Assembly: GCA_963719225.1 (NCBI GenBank)
Contig: CAVRAY010000001.1
Span: 608,001 to 672,000, forward strand
Direction of reading: 5' to 3'
Length of the DNA: 64,000 nt
Source of the DNA: Thermoanaerobaculia bacterium
GTDB taxonomy: Bacteria > Acidobacteriota > Thermoanaerobaculia > UBA5066
Below, in pieces: positions 48,750 to 58,352 of the stretch (positions are counted from its first letter, which is position 1; each line of letters begins with the position of its first letter). The notes under the pieces were generated by a model. That model was not told where the DNA came from and made no database searches. It was given only the letters and a program-made list of their open reading frames with translations. The position numbers and the translations under genes are program-made.

Positions 48750-50294
48750 ATGTCGGGCTCCCGGATTCTCGTCTTTTTCGGCCTCGTGCTCCTCGGACTC
48801 GGCGTCGTCCTCGGCTTTCCGGCGTCCCTCGTTCCGGCCGCTGTCGTGATCGCCGTCGCCGCCGTTCTCGTCCTCGTCGGGGCGGGTCGTTCTCCGTCGA
48901 CGGCGGGATCCCGCGCCGAACCGGTGACGTCCGTGCGCGCGGCTTTCGGGCCGGCCGTGGATGCGATCGAGGCCGTCGCCGTGTACACGCTGGATCGCAC
49001 GGGCAGGATCGGGTACGCGAACAGGGGCGCGCGCCGAACGCTCGGGATCGAAGAGCGCGACCTGGAAGGGCATCCCGCGTCGGACTTTCCCGCCCTCGGT
49101 GCCGAGACGCCCGAGATGATCGTGGGCCTGAACGAGGTCTTCGAGACGGGGCAGCCTCGCGCGGCACGTCGAATCCTGCTGACCGTGGACGGGGCGACGC
49201 AGGTCGAGTCGATCATCTCGATGACGCCGGTCGTGCGGTACGGCAAGGTCGTGGGGGCAGCGATCTGGCGCGTCGACACGCACGGGCCGGCCGGCGGAGA
49301 CGAGCACCGCGCCCGCCTCCTGGACTCCTCGCCCGCGGGTCTCCTCGGCGTGGACGCCGCCGGCCGCATCGAAGCGGTCAGCCGCAGGCTTTCGGAATGG
49401 GTGGGGCGCAGGGCGGATGCTCTCGAGGGCCTCGACGTCGAGCGGTCCGAGGTCCTGCCGGAAGGGCTACGGGCGCTCCTCCGCACGCACGCCGCGAACC
49501 GCGCCCCGCAGGGTACTCCGACGACCGGTGTCGAGGAAGACGTCTCCCTCGTCACGCCCGAAGGCGTTTCGCGGATGCTGCACGTCGTCGTCTCGCCCCG
49601 GCCGGGAGGCGGAGCCGACGCCGTCTTTCTCGACGGCGGCTCGCGGCGCCGGCTCCTCGCCGAGCTGGATGCGGCGCGGCGGGCGCTCGCCGAAGCGCGC
49701 GAGGCCGCCGTCGACGTGCTCCAGTCCACGACGCGCGATCTCAAGGCCCGCGTCCAGGAGATCGTCGCCGCCGCGCGGCGCGCGGCGGACGAGACCTCGG
49801 GTCCGATCCAGCGCGCGCGCGCCGAAGCCGATCTGAAGGCCACGAGCGACCAGCTTCTCGCGCACGTCGAGGATTCCGGGTCCCGGGACGCCCGCCGGGT
49901 GATCGGCGGCGCCGACGGCCGCCCGCGCGTCCTCCTCGTGGAGGACAACGAAGAGAACCGCGAGCTTCTCGCCCACATGCTGAGGTCGCGCGGCGCCGAG
50001 GTTCTCACGGCGGGCAGCGGGCGCGAGGCCGTGGACGCGGCCGCGGGGTTCCACTTCGACTTCGTCCTCCTGGACCTGCACATGCCCGAGATGGACGGGT
50101 TCCAGGTGCTGAGGCGGTTGCGGGGCCTGCCGGACGGAGAGCGCCTCCCGGTCATCGCGCTCACCGCGCTCACGTCCGACCTCGTCAAGGAGCGCTGCGA
50201 AGCCGAGGGGATGAACGACTTCGTGTCCAAGCCCGTGACGCTCGCGAGGGTGGGGGAGCTCGTCGCGAAGTGGGGGCGCGGCGCGCGCGCCTGA
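48750..50294 (+). CDS. Membrane-anchored PAS-PAS-receiver protein (kinase ATPase domain absent)
   Basis: Two N-terminal TMs, two PAS-like segments, a coiled coil, and a REC domain with VEDNEEN, DLHMPEMDG and KP. Confidence 0.8.
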   Translation: MSGSRILVFFGLVLLGLGVVLGFPASLVPAAVVIAVAAVLVLVGAGRSPSTAGSRAEPVTSVRAAFGPAVDAIEAVAVYTLDRTGRIGYANRGARRTLGIEERDLEGHPASDFPALGAETPEMIVGLNEVFETGQPRAARRILLTVDGATQVESIISMTPVVRYGKVVGAAIWRVDTHGPAGGDEHRARLLDSSPAGLLGVDAAGRIEAVSRRLSEWVGRRADALEGLDVERSEVLPEGLRALLRTHAANRAPQGTPTTGVEEDVSLVTPEGVSRMLHVVVSPRPGGGADAVFLDGGSRRRLLAELDAARRALAEAREAAVDVLQSTTRDLKARVQEIVAAARRAADETSGPIQRARAEADLKATSDQLLAHVEDSGSRDARRVIGGADGRPRVLLVEDNEENRELLAHMLRSRGAEVLTAGSGREAVDAAAGFHFDFVLLDLHMPEMDGFQVLRRLRGLPDGERLPVIALTALTSDLVKERCEAEGMNDFVSKPVTLARVGELVAKWGRGARA

Positions 50295-50714
50295 CTACCA
50301 GCGCATCCGGTAGAGCATCACGTAGACGACCACTCCGGTGACGGAGACGTAGAGCCAGATCGGCAGCGTGAAGCGGGCGAACTGCCGGTGCCGCTCGAAA
50401 CGGCCCCGCCGGGCGAGGACGAACGTCGTGATCGCGAGCGGCGCGACGAAAGCCGCGAGGATCGTGTGCGTGAGGAGGATCGCGAGATAGAGCGTCCGCG
50501 CGCCGCCCGTGCCGGGGAACCGCACGCTTCCGACCTGCGCATGGTAAGCGAGGTACGAGACGAGGAAGAGAGTCGAGCACAGGAAGGCCGCCGTCATCGT
50601 GCGGCGGTGCGCGGCGATCCGCCGCCTTCGGATGAGCGTCCAGCCGACCGCGAGGAGGACGGCGCTCGTCGCGTTGAGGAAGGCGTTCAACGTCGGCAGG
50701 TCGCGGACCGTCAT
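50295..50714 (-). CDS. DUF420-family membrane protein
   Basis: LPTLNAFLN, HRRTM, FLVSYL.YH, H..LA and WLYVSVTGVVVY motifs. Confidence 0.9.
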   Translation of the reverse strand: MTVRDLPTLNAFLNATSAVLLAVGWTLIRRRRIAAHRRTMTAAFLCSTLFLVSYLAYHAQVGSVRFPGTGGARTLYLAILLTHTILAAFVAPLAITTFVLARRGRFERHRQFARFTLPIWLYVSVTGVVVYVMLYRMRW

Positions 50715-51493
50715 CGCTCCACCGGCGCCCGTGCCGCGGCGAGGCGCGCGGCGGGGCCCGCGGGAAAGCGCGCGACGACGGCCACGGCGGCGGCGAACAT
50801 GAGGATCGCGAAAGCCGCGGTCACCGTGAACGAGAGCGACGGAGAGATCCACGCCGGCGCGGCGCCGCCGAGAGCCCGGCGCAGCGCCGCGACGCCGTAC
50901 GTGAGCGGGTTGACGGCCATCGCCGCGCCCAGCCACGAGGAAGCGCCGTCGACGGGAAAGAACGCTCCCGAAAGGAGCCACATGGGGATCAGGAAGAGAT
51001 TCATGATCGCGTGGAAGCCCTGCGTCGACTCGAGGGACCAGGCGATCGCGAACCCGAGGGAAGTCAGCGCGAAAGCGAGGAGCGCGAGGAGCGCGCCCGC
51101 GGCGAGAAGGCCCGTGGCGTCGACCTTGAGGCCGGTCCACGGCACGAGGAGGAGCAGCGGAAGGCCCTGCATGAGACCGAGCGCCGCACCCCCGAGGACC
51201 TTCCCGAGCGCGATCGAGGCCGGAGCGACGGGTGAAACGAGGACTCCCTGCAGGAAGCCCTCGCGCCGGTCCTCGATGACGGAGATCGTCGCGAAGATGG
51301 CCGCGAAGAGCACGACGAGCACGATCGTGCCCGGGAAGAAGTAGCCGAACGAGTCCTCGCGAAAGGAGCCGCGGAAGCCCGAACCCACGAGGATCCACAT
51401 GACGAGAGGAGGAGCCACCGCACCCACGATGCGGCTCTTCTGCCGGAAGAAGCGGACGATCTCGCGCCGCGCGAGGGCGAGAGAAGGGCTCAT
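50711..51493 (-). CDS. ABC-2 type transporter permease
   Basis: REIVRFFRQ, YFFPG, DRREGFL...LVSP, LSGAFFP and NPLTY motifs. Confidence 0.9.
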   Translation of the reverse strand: MSPSLALARREIVRFFRQKSRIVGAVAPPLVMWILVGSGFRGSFREDSFGYFFPGTIVLVVLFAAIFATISVIEDRREGFLQGVLVSPVAPASIALGKVLGGAALGLMQGLPLLLLVPWTGLKVDATGLLAAGALLALLAFALTSLGFAIAWSLESTQGFHAIMNLFLIPMWLLSGAFFPVDGASSWLGAAMAVNPLTYGVAALRRALGGAAPAWISPSLSFTVTAAFAILMFAAAVAVVARFPAGPAARLAAARAPVER

Positions 51494-51500
51494 GTAACGT

Positions 51501-52472
51501 TCATGCCGTGTGCGCTCCGTCCTCCGGCGCGTCCGCCTCGCGGAAGCGCCGTCCCGTCTTCGCGATGAAGACATCCTCGAGCGACGGCGCACCGAGGGTT
51601 ACGGATTTGAAGGCGCCCGGGAACGCTTCGACGAGACGCGGCACGAACGTGTGCGCGGCCTGCCGCTCCACGCGGACCGTGGGTCCGACGACGGTAATCC
51701 GGCCGGCCTCGGCGCCGAAGCGGCTTTCGATCCGGGCGGCGAGCGCCGGCGCGCCCGCGTCGTCCTTCGACTCGACGGTCACGACGTCTCCGCCGAGTGT
51801 GGCCTTCAGCGCGGCGGGCGTGTCGAGCGCGAGGAGGCGTCCCCGGTCGAGGAGGCCGATGCGGTGTGCGGCCTCCGCCTCCTCGAAGAGGTGCGTCGTC
51901 AGGAGAATGGCCGTGCCCGCGCGGGCAAGAGAAGCGAGCGCGTCGATGAGATCGCGCCGCGCGCCCGGGTCGAGGCCGGTCGACGGCTCGTCGAGGAGGA
52001 GGACGGGAGGGGCGTGAAGGAGGGCCTTGGCAATCTCCACGCGCCGCGCGAGGCCGCCGGACAAAGTCTCGACGAGGTCGCCCGCCCGGTCCTCGAGATG
52101 GAACATTTCGAGCAGCTCGCCCATCCGCGCAGTCCGCGTTCCCGAGCGGAGCCCGTACAGGTCGCCTTGGAGCGCGAGGTTCTCCGCGACGGTCAGCTTC
52201 TTGTCGAGGCTCGGAGCCTGGAACACGACGCCGAGGCGCCGGCGGACGACGCGGCCCGCCACCGTGGGATCGAGCCCGTCGATCGAGAAGCTCCCTTCGC
52301 CAGGAGGCAGCAGGGTCGCGAGAATCCGGAAGAGGGTCGTCTTGCCGCCGCCGTTCGGGCCGAGGAGCGCGAAGATCTCGCCGCGCGAGACCGAAAACGT
52401 CACGTCCGTCAGCGCGGCGCGCGCGCCAAAGGCGCGGGAGAGGGAACGGGCTTCGACGGCGGGAGGCGTCAC
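51501..52472 (-). CDS. ABC transporter ATP-binding protein
   Basis: GPNGGGKTT, LSGG, LLLDEP and TTH motifs. Confidence 0.92.
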   Translation of the reverse strand: MTPPAVEARSLSRAFGARAALTDVTFSVSRGEIFALLGPNGGGKTTLFRILATLLPPGEGSFSIDGLDPTVAGRVVRRRLGVVFQAPSLDKKLTVAENLALQGDLYGLRSGTRTARMGELLEMFHLEDRAGDLVETLSGGLARRVEIAKALLHAPPVLLLDEPSTGLDPGARRDLIDALASLARAGTAILLTTHLFEEAEAAHRIGLLDRGRLLALDTPAALKATLGGDVVTVESKDDAGAPALAARIESRFGAEAGRITVVGPTVRVERQAAHTFVPRLVEAFPGAFKSVTLGAPSLEDVFIAKTGRRFREADAPEDGAHTA

Positions 52473-52497
52473 GTGTCGGGTGAGAGTTCTTTCGGCG

Positions 52498-53379
52498 TCA
52501 GATGCGGTCGAGGACGAGGAGGATGAGGATCGCCGGGAGCCAGCCGATCGACGCGAAGAAGAGGGAACGGGCGCGAATGTCCGTCGTCTCGCGCGCGAAG
52601 GCGAGCGAAGAGCGGAGGAAGAAGAGCGTGAGGATGAACGCTCCGACCGCATAGGCGAAGCCGGCCGTCCCGACGAGCGACGGCAGGAGGCTGATGGGAA
52701 GGAGGACGGTCGTCCAGAGAAGGGTCTGCCGGGCCGTGCGCGTGCCGGACGGGTCGATCACGGGAAGGATGCGCACGCCGGCGCGGGCGTAGTCGACACG
52801 GTGGCGCCATCCGATCGCGAAGAAATGCGGAAGCTGCCAGACGAAGAGGATCGCGAAGAGCGCGAGACCCGGAAGACCGAGGCCGCCAGCGGCCGCGGTG
52901 TATCCCCCGAGAGGCGGCAGCGCGCCGGGCACGGCGCCGACGATCGTGGAGGCGTGCGACCGCGTCTTCATCGGCGTGTAGAGGCAGACGTACGAGACGA
53001 GCGTGAAGGCCGCCAGAGCGGTCGTCAGAACGTTCGTGAAGAGGAAGAGCTCGACGAGGCCCGCGACCGAAAGCGCGCCCGCGAAAAGAGCCGCGCCCCG
53101 GAGGCTGATGCGGCCGGAGGGCAGGGGACGGTCCTGCGTGCGTTTCATCAGGCCGTCGAGATCCACCTCGCGCACCTGGTTGAACGCGCTCGTGCCGGAG
53201 GCGACGAGGGCGGTTCCCAGGAGCGTGTGGAGGAGGAGCGGGACGGCGAGAGACGAAAGCGGCCCGCTCGTGCCCGCGACGAAGCCGACGAAGGCCGTCA
53301 TCACGACGAAGACCGTGATGCGCGGCTTCGTGAGGGCGACGTAGGAGGCGAACGTGGAGGGGTTGCGACTCAGGCTCAT
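52498..53379 (-). CDS. ctaB: Protoheme IX farnesyltransferase (heme O synthase)
   Basis: LTKPRI, NQ..E.D.D..MKRT..RPLP, YTPMK, GALPP and WQLPHF motifs. Confidence 0.95.
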   Translation of the reverse strand: MSLSRNPSTFASYVALTKPRITVFVVMTAFVGFVAGTSGPLSSLAVPLLLHTLLGTALVASGTSAFNQVREVDLDGLMKRTQDRPLPSGRISLRGAALFAGALSVAGLVELFLFTNVLTTALAAFTLVSYVCLYTPMKTRSHASTIVGAVPGALPPLGGYTAAAGGLGLPGLALFAILFVWQLPHFFAIGWRHRVDYARAGVRILPVIDPSGTRTARQTLLWTTVLLPISLLPSLVGTAGFAYAVGAFILTLFFLRSSLAFARETTDIRARSLFFASIGWLPAILILLVLDRI

Positions 53380-54386
53380 GCGCGGATGGCGGAGCTTACC
53401 GCGTTCGCCCGATTCCGGCAGGCCCAGAGGCAGGCCGCGGCGAGGACGCCCGTGACCCAGCATAGGGCGCCCCCGGCGAGGTGGGCGGCGGTGAGGGACG
53501 GCGCCTTCCTGGACCAGATGGAGAGGGCGCCGAGCAGGACCTGAACGCCGACGAGGCCGAACCAGGCCGCGGCGAGTCTGGCGAAAACGGCGTTCCGCTC
53601 CGAGAGCCGCGCCAGCGCGCGCACGGCCGTGAGGACGAGGACGAGAACGACGACCGCTCCGATCCGGTGCGCGAGGTGGAGGCCCACGCCGCGGCGCTTG
53701 AGCTCTTCCGCGGAGGGCCAGAGGCCGCCGAAGGCCGTGGGGAAGTCGGGGATGGCAAGGCCGGCGCCGGTGTGACGCATGACCGCGCCGAGGACGATCT
53801 GGACGTAGATCGCCGTGGTCGCAATGACGACCCAGCGAAACGCGCGCATCGCTTCCGCATCCTTCGAAGAAGAATTCGGATTTTCTTCGAGTGGAAGAGA
53901 AAGAGGGCGCGCCGTCAAATCGTTCCAGGTTTTCGAGCACATGAGCGCGACGAGCGCGGTGAGGGCGAAGACGATCTCTGCGAGAGCGGCGTGCGCGGAG
54001 GAGACGGCAGGCGGAAGGAGAAGGATGACCGTCAAGCCGCCCAGAGCGGCCTGCAGAAGAATTGCGCCGAACGCGGCGGCTGCGAGGACCTTGACCGCTT
54101 TCTTACCCTCTAGGAAAAAAAGAAGAGCACCCAGCTCCAGACCTACCAATGTGGAGACCGCCGCCGCGATGAGCCTGTGGCCGTGCTCGAACAGGATGCC
54201 GCCGACCATCGGGGGCATGACTTTTCCGTACGAGAGCGGCCAGTCCGGGACGGCGAGGCCCGACCCGGTGGACGTGACGAGCGCACCCGCGACGAGGAGA
54301 ACGAACACTCCGAACGCGACGCCCCGCGTCGCGACCCTCAGAATTCCGGCATTCCGCGCGGCGTGCGCGTCCTGCTCCTTCGTCAG
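53376..54386 (-). CDS. ctaA: Heme A synthase (COX15/CtaA)
   Basis: GALVTSTGSGLAVPDWP, EHGHR, Q..LGG.TV, H..HR and C-terminal HL motifs. Start inferred at CTG overlapping the upstream TGA. Confidence 0.9.
   Translation of the reverse strand: MTKEQDAHAARNAGILRVATRGVAFGVFVLLVAGALVTSTGSGLAVPDWPLSYGKVMPPMVGGILFEHGHRLIAAAVSTLVGLELGALLFFLEGKKAVKVLAAAAFGAILLQAALGGLTVILLLPPAVSSAHAALAEIVFALTALVALMCSKTWNDLTARPLSLPLEENPNSSSKDAEAMRAFRWVVIATTAIYVQIVLGAVMRHTGAGLAIPDFPTAFGGLWPSAEELKRRGVGLHLAHRIGAVVVLVLVLTAVRALARLSERNAVFARLAAAWFGLVGVQVLLGALSIWSRKAPSLTAAHLAGGALCWVTGVLAAACLWACRNRANAVSSAIRA
53866..54127. repeat. Dispersed motif cluster E inside ctaA
   Basis: Plus GAAGAATTCGGATTTTCTTCGAGTGGAAGAGAAAGAGGG (to 53907); minus TTTTTCCTAGAGGGTAAGAAAG (about 54120-54097). 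Both are AT-rich patches in a GC-rich CDS. Confidence 0.62.
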
Positions 54387-55228
54387 GCTCCGGCCTTGAA
54401 CGTGAAGGCGAGCTGCTTGGACTCCGTCGCGCCGACCGTGACCTGCTGCGTCTGCGTGCCGAACTTCTCGTGCCACGCCTCGATCGTGTACGTGCCGGCC
54501 GGCAGGTTCTTGATCGCGTACGTGCCGTCCGCGGCCGTGACCGCGAAGAACGGGTGCGCGACGACGCCGCAGTAGGCGGACATCCAGCCGTGCACGTCGC
54601 ACTTGATGTGGATCATGACCTCGGGCTTGTCGAACTTCTTCGTGTACTTCATCCCCTTGACGGGCATCCCGAGGTTGAAGGACTCGTTCTTCTCCGGCAG
54701 GGAGTGGATGTTGTGGAGCGTGTCGTCGCTGTTCAGGATGTCGAGGCTCTGCCCGGCGACCATGCCGAAGACGTGCGGGTGGTACGTGCAGCCTTTCTGG
54801 TCGATGACGGCCGCGGCCGCGGGAGGCGGGTACGTTCCGGAGATTCCGGTCTTCACGTACACGAACACATCCTTGATGCCCCTGTCTGGCCCGATCTCGG
54901 CGTCCTGCTTGACCACCTCTCCGGGATGCTGCTTCGCGCAGAAGGCGTCGGCCGACATCTTGAATTTCTCGGCGGCCGGCACAGTGCCCTCGAAGACGAT
55001 CTTGCCGGTGACCGAGGCGGAGCCCGTCGCGCCGGCGGCCGGGCCCGCGGCGGAAGCTGCCGGGGCCGCGGGAGCCGCGGCGCCCTCCGTCGCGGCGCCC
55101 CTGGCGCGCGCGGACTTGGGCTGGTCCTCGTCCTCGTCCTTGCCGCCGCACCCGGCGGCGAGAACGGCCGCGAGCGCGGTGACGGCGCAGGCGGAGACGA
55201 AACGGAAGCGGATTGCAGGACCACTCAT
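54383..55228 (-). CDS. Cupredoxin-like / carboxypeptidase-regulatory-like lipoprotein (paralog of 863-1567)
   Basis: Lipobox LAAGC; DQKGCTYHP, HNIH, CDVHGWM and LPAGTYTIEAWHE motifs. Confidence 0.8.
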   Translation of the reverse strand: MSGPAIRFRFVSACAVTALAAVLAAGCGGKDEDEDQPKSARARGAATEGAAAPAAPAASAAGPAAGATGSASVTGKIVFEGTVPAAEKFKMSADAFCAKQHPGEVVKQDAEIGPDRGIKDVFVYVKTGISGTYPPPAAAAVIDQKGCTYHPHVFGMVAGQSLDILNSDDTLHNIHSLPEKNESFNLGMPVKGMKYTKKFDKPEVMIHIKCDVHGWMSAYCGVVAHPFFAVTAADGTYAIKNLPAGTYTIEAWHEKFGTQTQQVTVGATESKQLAFTFKAGA

Positions 55229-55303
55229 GCGGGCCTCCTCGCGGAAGGATTTCCTTATCATGTGCCCCCGGTACGAGGGCAATCGATGATAGACAATCGC
55301 CGG

Positions 55304-56410
55304 ATGCGCGTCGAATTCGCAGTTCTTCGTCACGTCGAGATGCCTCTCAAGTTCCGCTTCCGCACGTCCTTCGGGGAGACGGGCGTGAAGAAGTTCGTCC
55401 TCCTCGAGCTTCGGTCCGACGGCCTTTCCGGATGGGGTGAGTGCGTCGCCGAAGAGGGGCCGTTCTATTCGCCCGAGACGACCGCCACGGCGTCCTCGAT
55501 CCTGACGTCGTTCCTCCTGCCGCTCGTCCTCGGCAAGTCGGTTTCGTCGCCCGAGGAGTTCGAGCGCCTCGCGGCGCGCATCCGCGGCAACCGGATGGCG
55601 AAGGCCGCCGTCGAATGCGCGCTGCGCGACCTCTTTGCCAAGGCGGCCGGCGTTCCGCTCGGAAAGTCGCTCGGAGGCTCGCGCGAGAAGATCGAGGTCG
55701 GCGTCTCGCTCGGCATCTCGCCCACGCCCGGGGAAACCGTCGAAAACGTGAAGAAGCACGTCGCGCAGGGCTATCGCCGCATCAAGCTGAAGATCGAGCC
55801 GGGCTCGGATCAGGACCGTCTGTCCGCCGTCCGCGACGCGTTTCCGGACATCACGCTCACGGTCGACGCGAACGCGGCCTACACGCTCGCGCAAGCCGAG
55901 GCGCTGTGCGCGCTCGACGCCTTCGGCCTCGACTACATGGAGCAGCCCCTGCATCACGAGGACCTCGTGGCGCACGCGGAGCTCGCGCGGACGCTGAAGA
56001 CCCCGATCTGCCTCGACGAGTCGATCCGCTCGGCCGCCGACGCGAGAGCCGCGATCCAGCTCGGCGCCTGCCAGGTCATCAACGTCAAGATCGGCCGCGT
56101 CGGGGGCCACGGCGAGGCCGTGCGGATCCACGACCTCGCGCTTGCCGCCGGCGTTCCCGTGTGGTGCGGGGGCATGCTCGAGGCCGGAATCGGTCGCGCC
56201 CACAACGTCGCCATCGCCAGCCTTCCGGGCTTCTCGAAGCCGGGCGACACGTCCTCGTCGTCGCGCTACTTCGAGGAGGACATCGTGGCGCCGGCTCTCG
56301 AGGCCACGGACGGACTCATGCCCGTGCCGAGCGGGCCCGGCATCGGGGTCGCGGTCCGGCCGGACGTCCTCTCGCGCGTCACGACGGGGATCCAGGAGCT
56401 TCGCGCGTGA
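55304..56410 (-). other. Antisense shadow frame only; the real gene here is on the plus strand (next feature)
   Basis: The ORF track extends 54383..56203 across this interval, but that extension has no motifs and lies upstream of the lipoprotein signal peptide. Confidence 0.2.
55304..56410 (+). CDS. menC: o-succinylbenzoate synthase / N-succinylamino acid racemase (NSAR/OSBS subfamily)
   Basis: FRTSFG, GWGE, KLKI, DAN, EQP, DES, NVK..RVGG and WCGGMLE motifs. Confidence 0.9.
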   Translation: MRVEFAVLRHVEMPLKFRFRTSFGETGVKKFVLLELRSDGLSGWGECVAEEGPFYSPETTATASSILTSFLLPLVLGKSVSSPEEFERLAARIRGNRMAKAAVECALRDLFAKAAGVPLGKSLGGSREKIEVGVSLGISPTPGETVENVKKHVAQGYRRIKLKIEPGSDQDRLSAVRDAFPDITLTVDANAAYTLAQAEALCALDAFGLDYMEQPLHHEDLVAHAELARTLKTPICLDESIRSAADARAAIQLGACQVINVKIGRVGGHGEAVRIHDLALAAGVPVWCGGMLEAGIGRAHNVAIASLPGFSKPGDTSSSSRYFEEDIVAPALEATDGLMPVPSGPGIGVAVRPDVLSRVTTGIQELRA

Positions 56411-57549
56411 GCGCGCGCGTCGCCGATCTCGGTGCGCTGTTTCGCGCGCGCCAGGGTTCCATGCTCTCCGACCTCGAGGCTCTCGTCGTGCGCGAGAGCC
56501 CGTCCGGCGAGAGTGCGCTCGTCGGCGACCTCGCGGGCTGGATCGCGTCGCGACTCGAGGCCGCCGGGGTCTCGGCCGCGCGCGTGCCCTGCGCGGGCCG
56601 CGGCGACGCCCTCCTCGCGCGGGTCGGACCCGAGCGCGGAGGCACTCTCCTTCTCGGCCACCTCGACACGGTCTGGCCCGAAGGTACGCTGGAGGGAATT
56701 CCGTTTCGCATCGAGGAGGGTGTCGCCCGGGGACCCGGCGTCTTCGACATGAAGGGCGGCATCGCGGTCGCCCTGGCGGTCCTCGAGGCCGTGGCGCGGC
56801 GCGACGTGGCCCCCGCCGCGGGTCTCGCGCTCCTCCTCACGCCGGACGAGGAGGCCGGGACCCTCGCCTCGCGCGACCTGCTCGTCGCGGAAGCCCTGAA
56901 GCGCGATCGCGTCTTCGTCCTCGAGCCGTCCGGCGGAGGCGGCGCCGCGAAGATCGCGCGAAAAGGGGTCGGCCTCGTGACGGCGCGCTTCACCGGCGTA
57001 GCCGCGCACGCGGGGCTCGAGCCCGAGAAAGGAGCCTCGGCCCTTCTCGAGATGTCGCGTTTCGCGCTGTATGCCGACGCGCTCGCCGACGCCCCGTCCG
57101 GAACGTCGGTCGTGCCGACGGTGTCGGCGTCCGGCACGGTGACGAACGTCGTACCGGAGAGCGCGGTCCTCTCCGTGGATTTCCGGCTCTGGACCCGGAC
57201 GGAGGGCGAACGCGTCCTCGCGGGACTTCGCGCGTACCGTCCCGCCGACCCGCGTGTCCAGGTCGCGCTGGAGGGAGGCGTCAACCGTCCGCCCATGGAG
57301 CCGACCGAAGAATCGCTCGCGCTCTACAGGCGTGCGGCGACGCTCGCGAAGATGCTCGACTTCGATCTCGAAGCGGTTCGCGTGGGCGGCGGCTCCGACG
57401 GGAATCTCACGGCCTCGGCCGGCGTCCCGACGCTGGACGGCCTCGGGCCTTCGGGAGCCGGCGCGCATGCGCGCTCGGAGCACCTCCTCGTCGAGGATCT
57501 TCCCCGGCGCGCGGCTCTCCTCGCGGGCCTCCTCGAGGACGCGGCTTGA
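56407..57549 (+). CDS. M20-family peptidase / carboxypeptidase G2-like (candidate desuccinylase)
   Basis: GHLDTV, GPGVFDMKGG, DEE, EP, HAG, GGSD and GAHA..E motifs. Confidence 0.9.
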   Translation: MSARVADLGALFRARQGSMLSDLEALVVRESPSGESALVGDLAGWIASRLEAAGVSAARVPCAGRGDALLARVGPERGGTLLLGHLDTVWPEGTLEGIPFRIEEGVARGPGVFDMKGGIAVALAVLEAVARRDVAPAAGLALLLTPDEEAGTLASRDLLVAEALKRDRVFVLEPSGGGGAAKIARKGVGLVTARFTGVAAHAGLEPEKGASALLEMSRFALYADALADAPSGTSVVPTVSASGTVTNVVPESAVLSVDFRLWTRTEGERVLAGLRAYRPADPRVQVALEGGVNRPPMEPTEESLALYRRAATLAKMLDFDLEAVRVGGGSDGNLTASAGVPTLDGLGPSGAGAHARSEHLLVEDLPRRAALLAGLLEDAA

Positions 57550-58322
57550 GCGGACGCCTCGTCGTCCGCGAGCTCCGGAGCCCGGAGGAGTTCATAGAGA
57601 CGACGCATGTCTCGAAAGCCGCCTGGGGATTCACCGAGCGCTCCCTCTCGCCCGCGAGCGACCTCGTGGCGGCGACCCACGCCGGCGGCCTCACGGCTGC
57701 GGCGTTCGAGGGAAAGAAGATGCTCGGCTTCGTGCACGGCATTCCGCGCACGAACCTCGGCGAACCGTGCCAGCACTCGCATCTCCTCGCGGTCCGGCCC
57801 GACGCGCAGGGTCGGGGACTCGGAGTGACGCTCAAGCTCTTTCAGCGCGCGTGGTGTCTCGAGCGCGGGATCCGGCTCGTGACCTGGACGTACGACCCGT
57901 TCCTCCTGAAGAACGCGAAGCTGAACATCGGTCGCTTGCGTGCGACGGTGCGGAGCCTCCTGCCGGACTTCTACGGCCACATGGGAGGCATCTACGCCGG
58001 TCTGCCGACGGACCGCTTCGAGGTGAACTGGCGTCTCGACGATCCGATCGTCGCGCGCGCGGCGCGCGGCGAAGGGCCGTCTCCCGAGAGCACGGACGAC
58101 GTCCCGGCAGTGACGCGGCCGGGAGCGTTTCCCGAAGGGAGACGGGTCCTCCTTCCGTTCCTCGCGGACGCGCCGCGCGTATATCGCACCGATCCGAAGC
58201 GAAGTCTGGCCGCGCGATTGAAGTTCCGGCGGCTTGCCACGGCGCTCTTCGCGAAAGGCTACGCCGTCACGGGCGTCGCGTCCCGAAACGGCGAGCCCGC
58301 GTACGTCCTCGACCGGATCTAG
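57546..58322 (+). CDS. GNAT-family acyltransferase (N-succinyltransferase-like)
   Basis: HSHLLAV, QGRGLG..LK..QR, WTYDP...NA.LN, FYG and TDRF motifs; TTG start at a TTGA overlap. Confidence 0.85.
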   Translation: MSGRLVVRELRSPEEFIETTHVSKAAWGFTERSLSPASDLVAATHAGGLTAAAFEGKKMLGFVHGIPRTNLGEPCQHSHLLAVRPDAQGRGLGVTLKLFQRAWCLERGIRLVTWTYDPFLLKNAKLNIGRLRATVRSLLPDFYGHMGGIYAGLPTDRFEVNWRLDDPIVARAARGEGPSPESTDDVPAVTRPGAFPEGRRVLLPFLADAPRVYRTDPKRSLAARLKFRRLATALFAKGYAVTGVASRNGEPAYVLDRI

Positions 58323-58352
58323 GTGATAGAGTTTTCGATCAGGAGGACGAAG

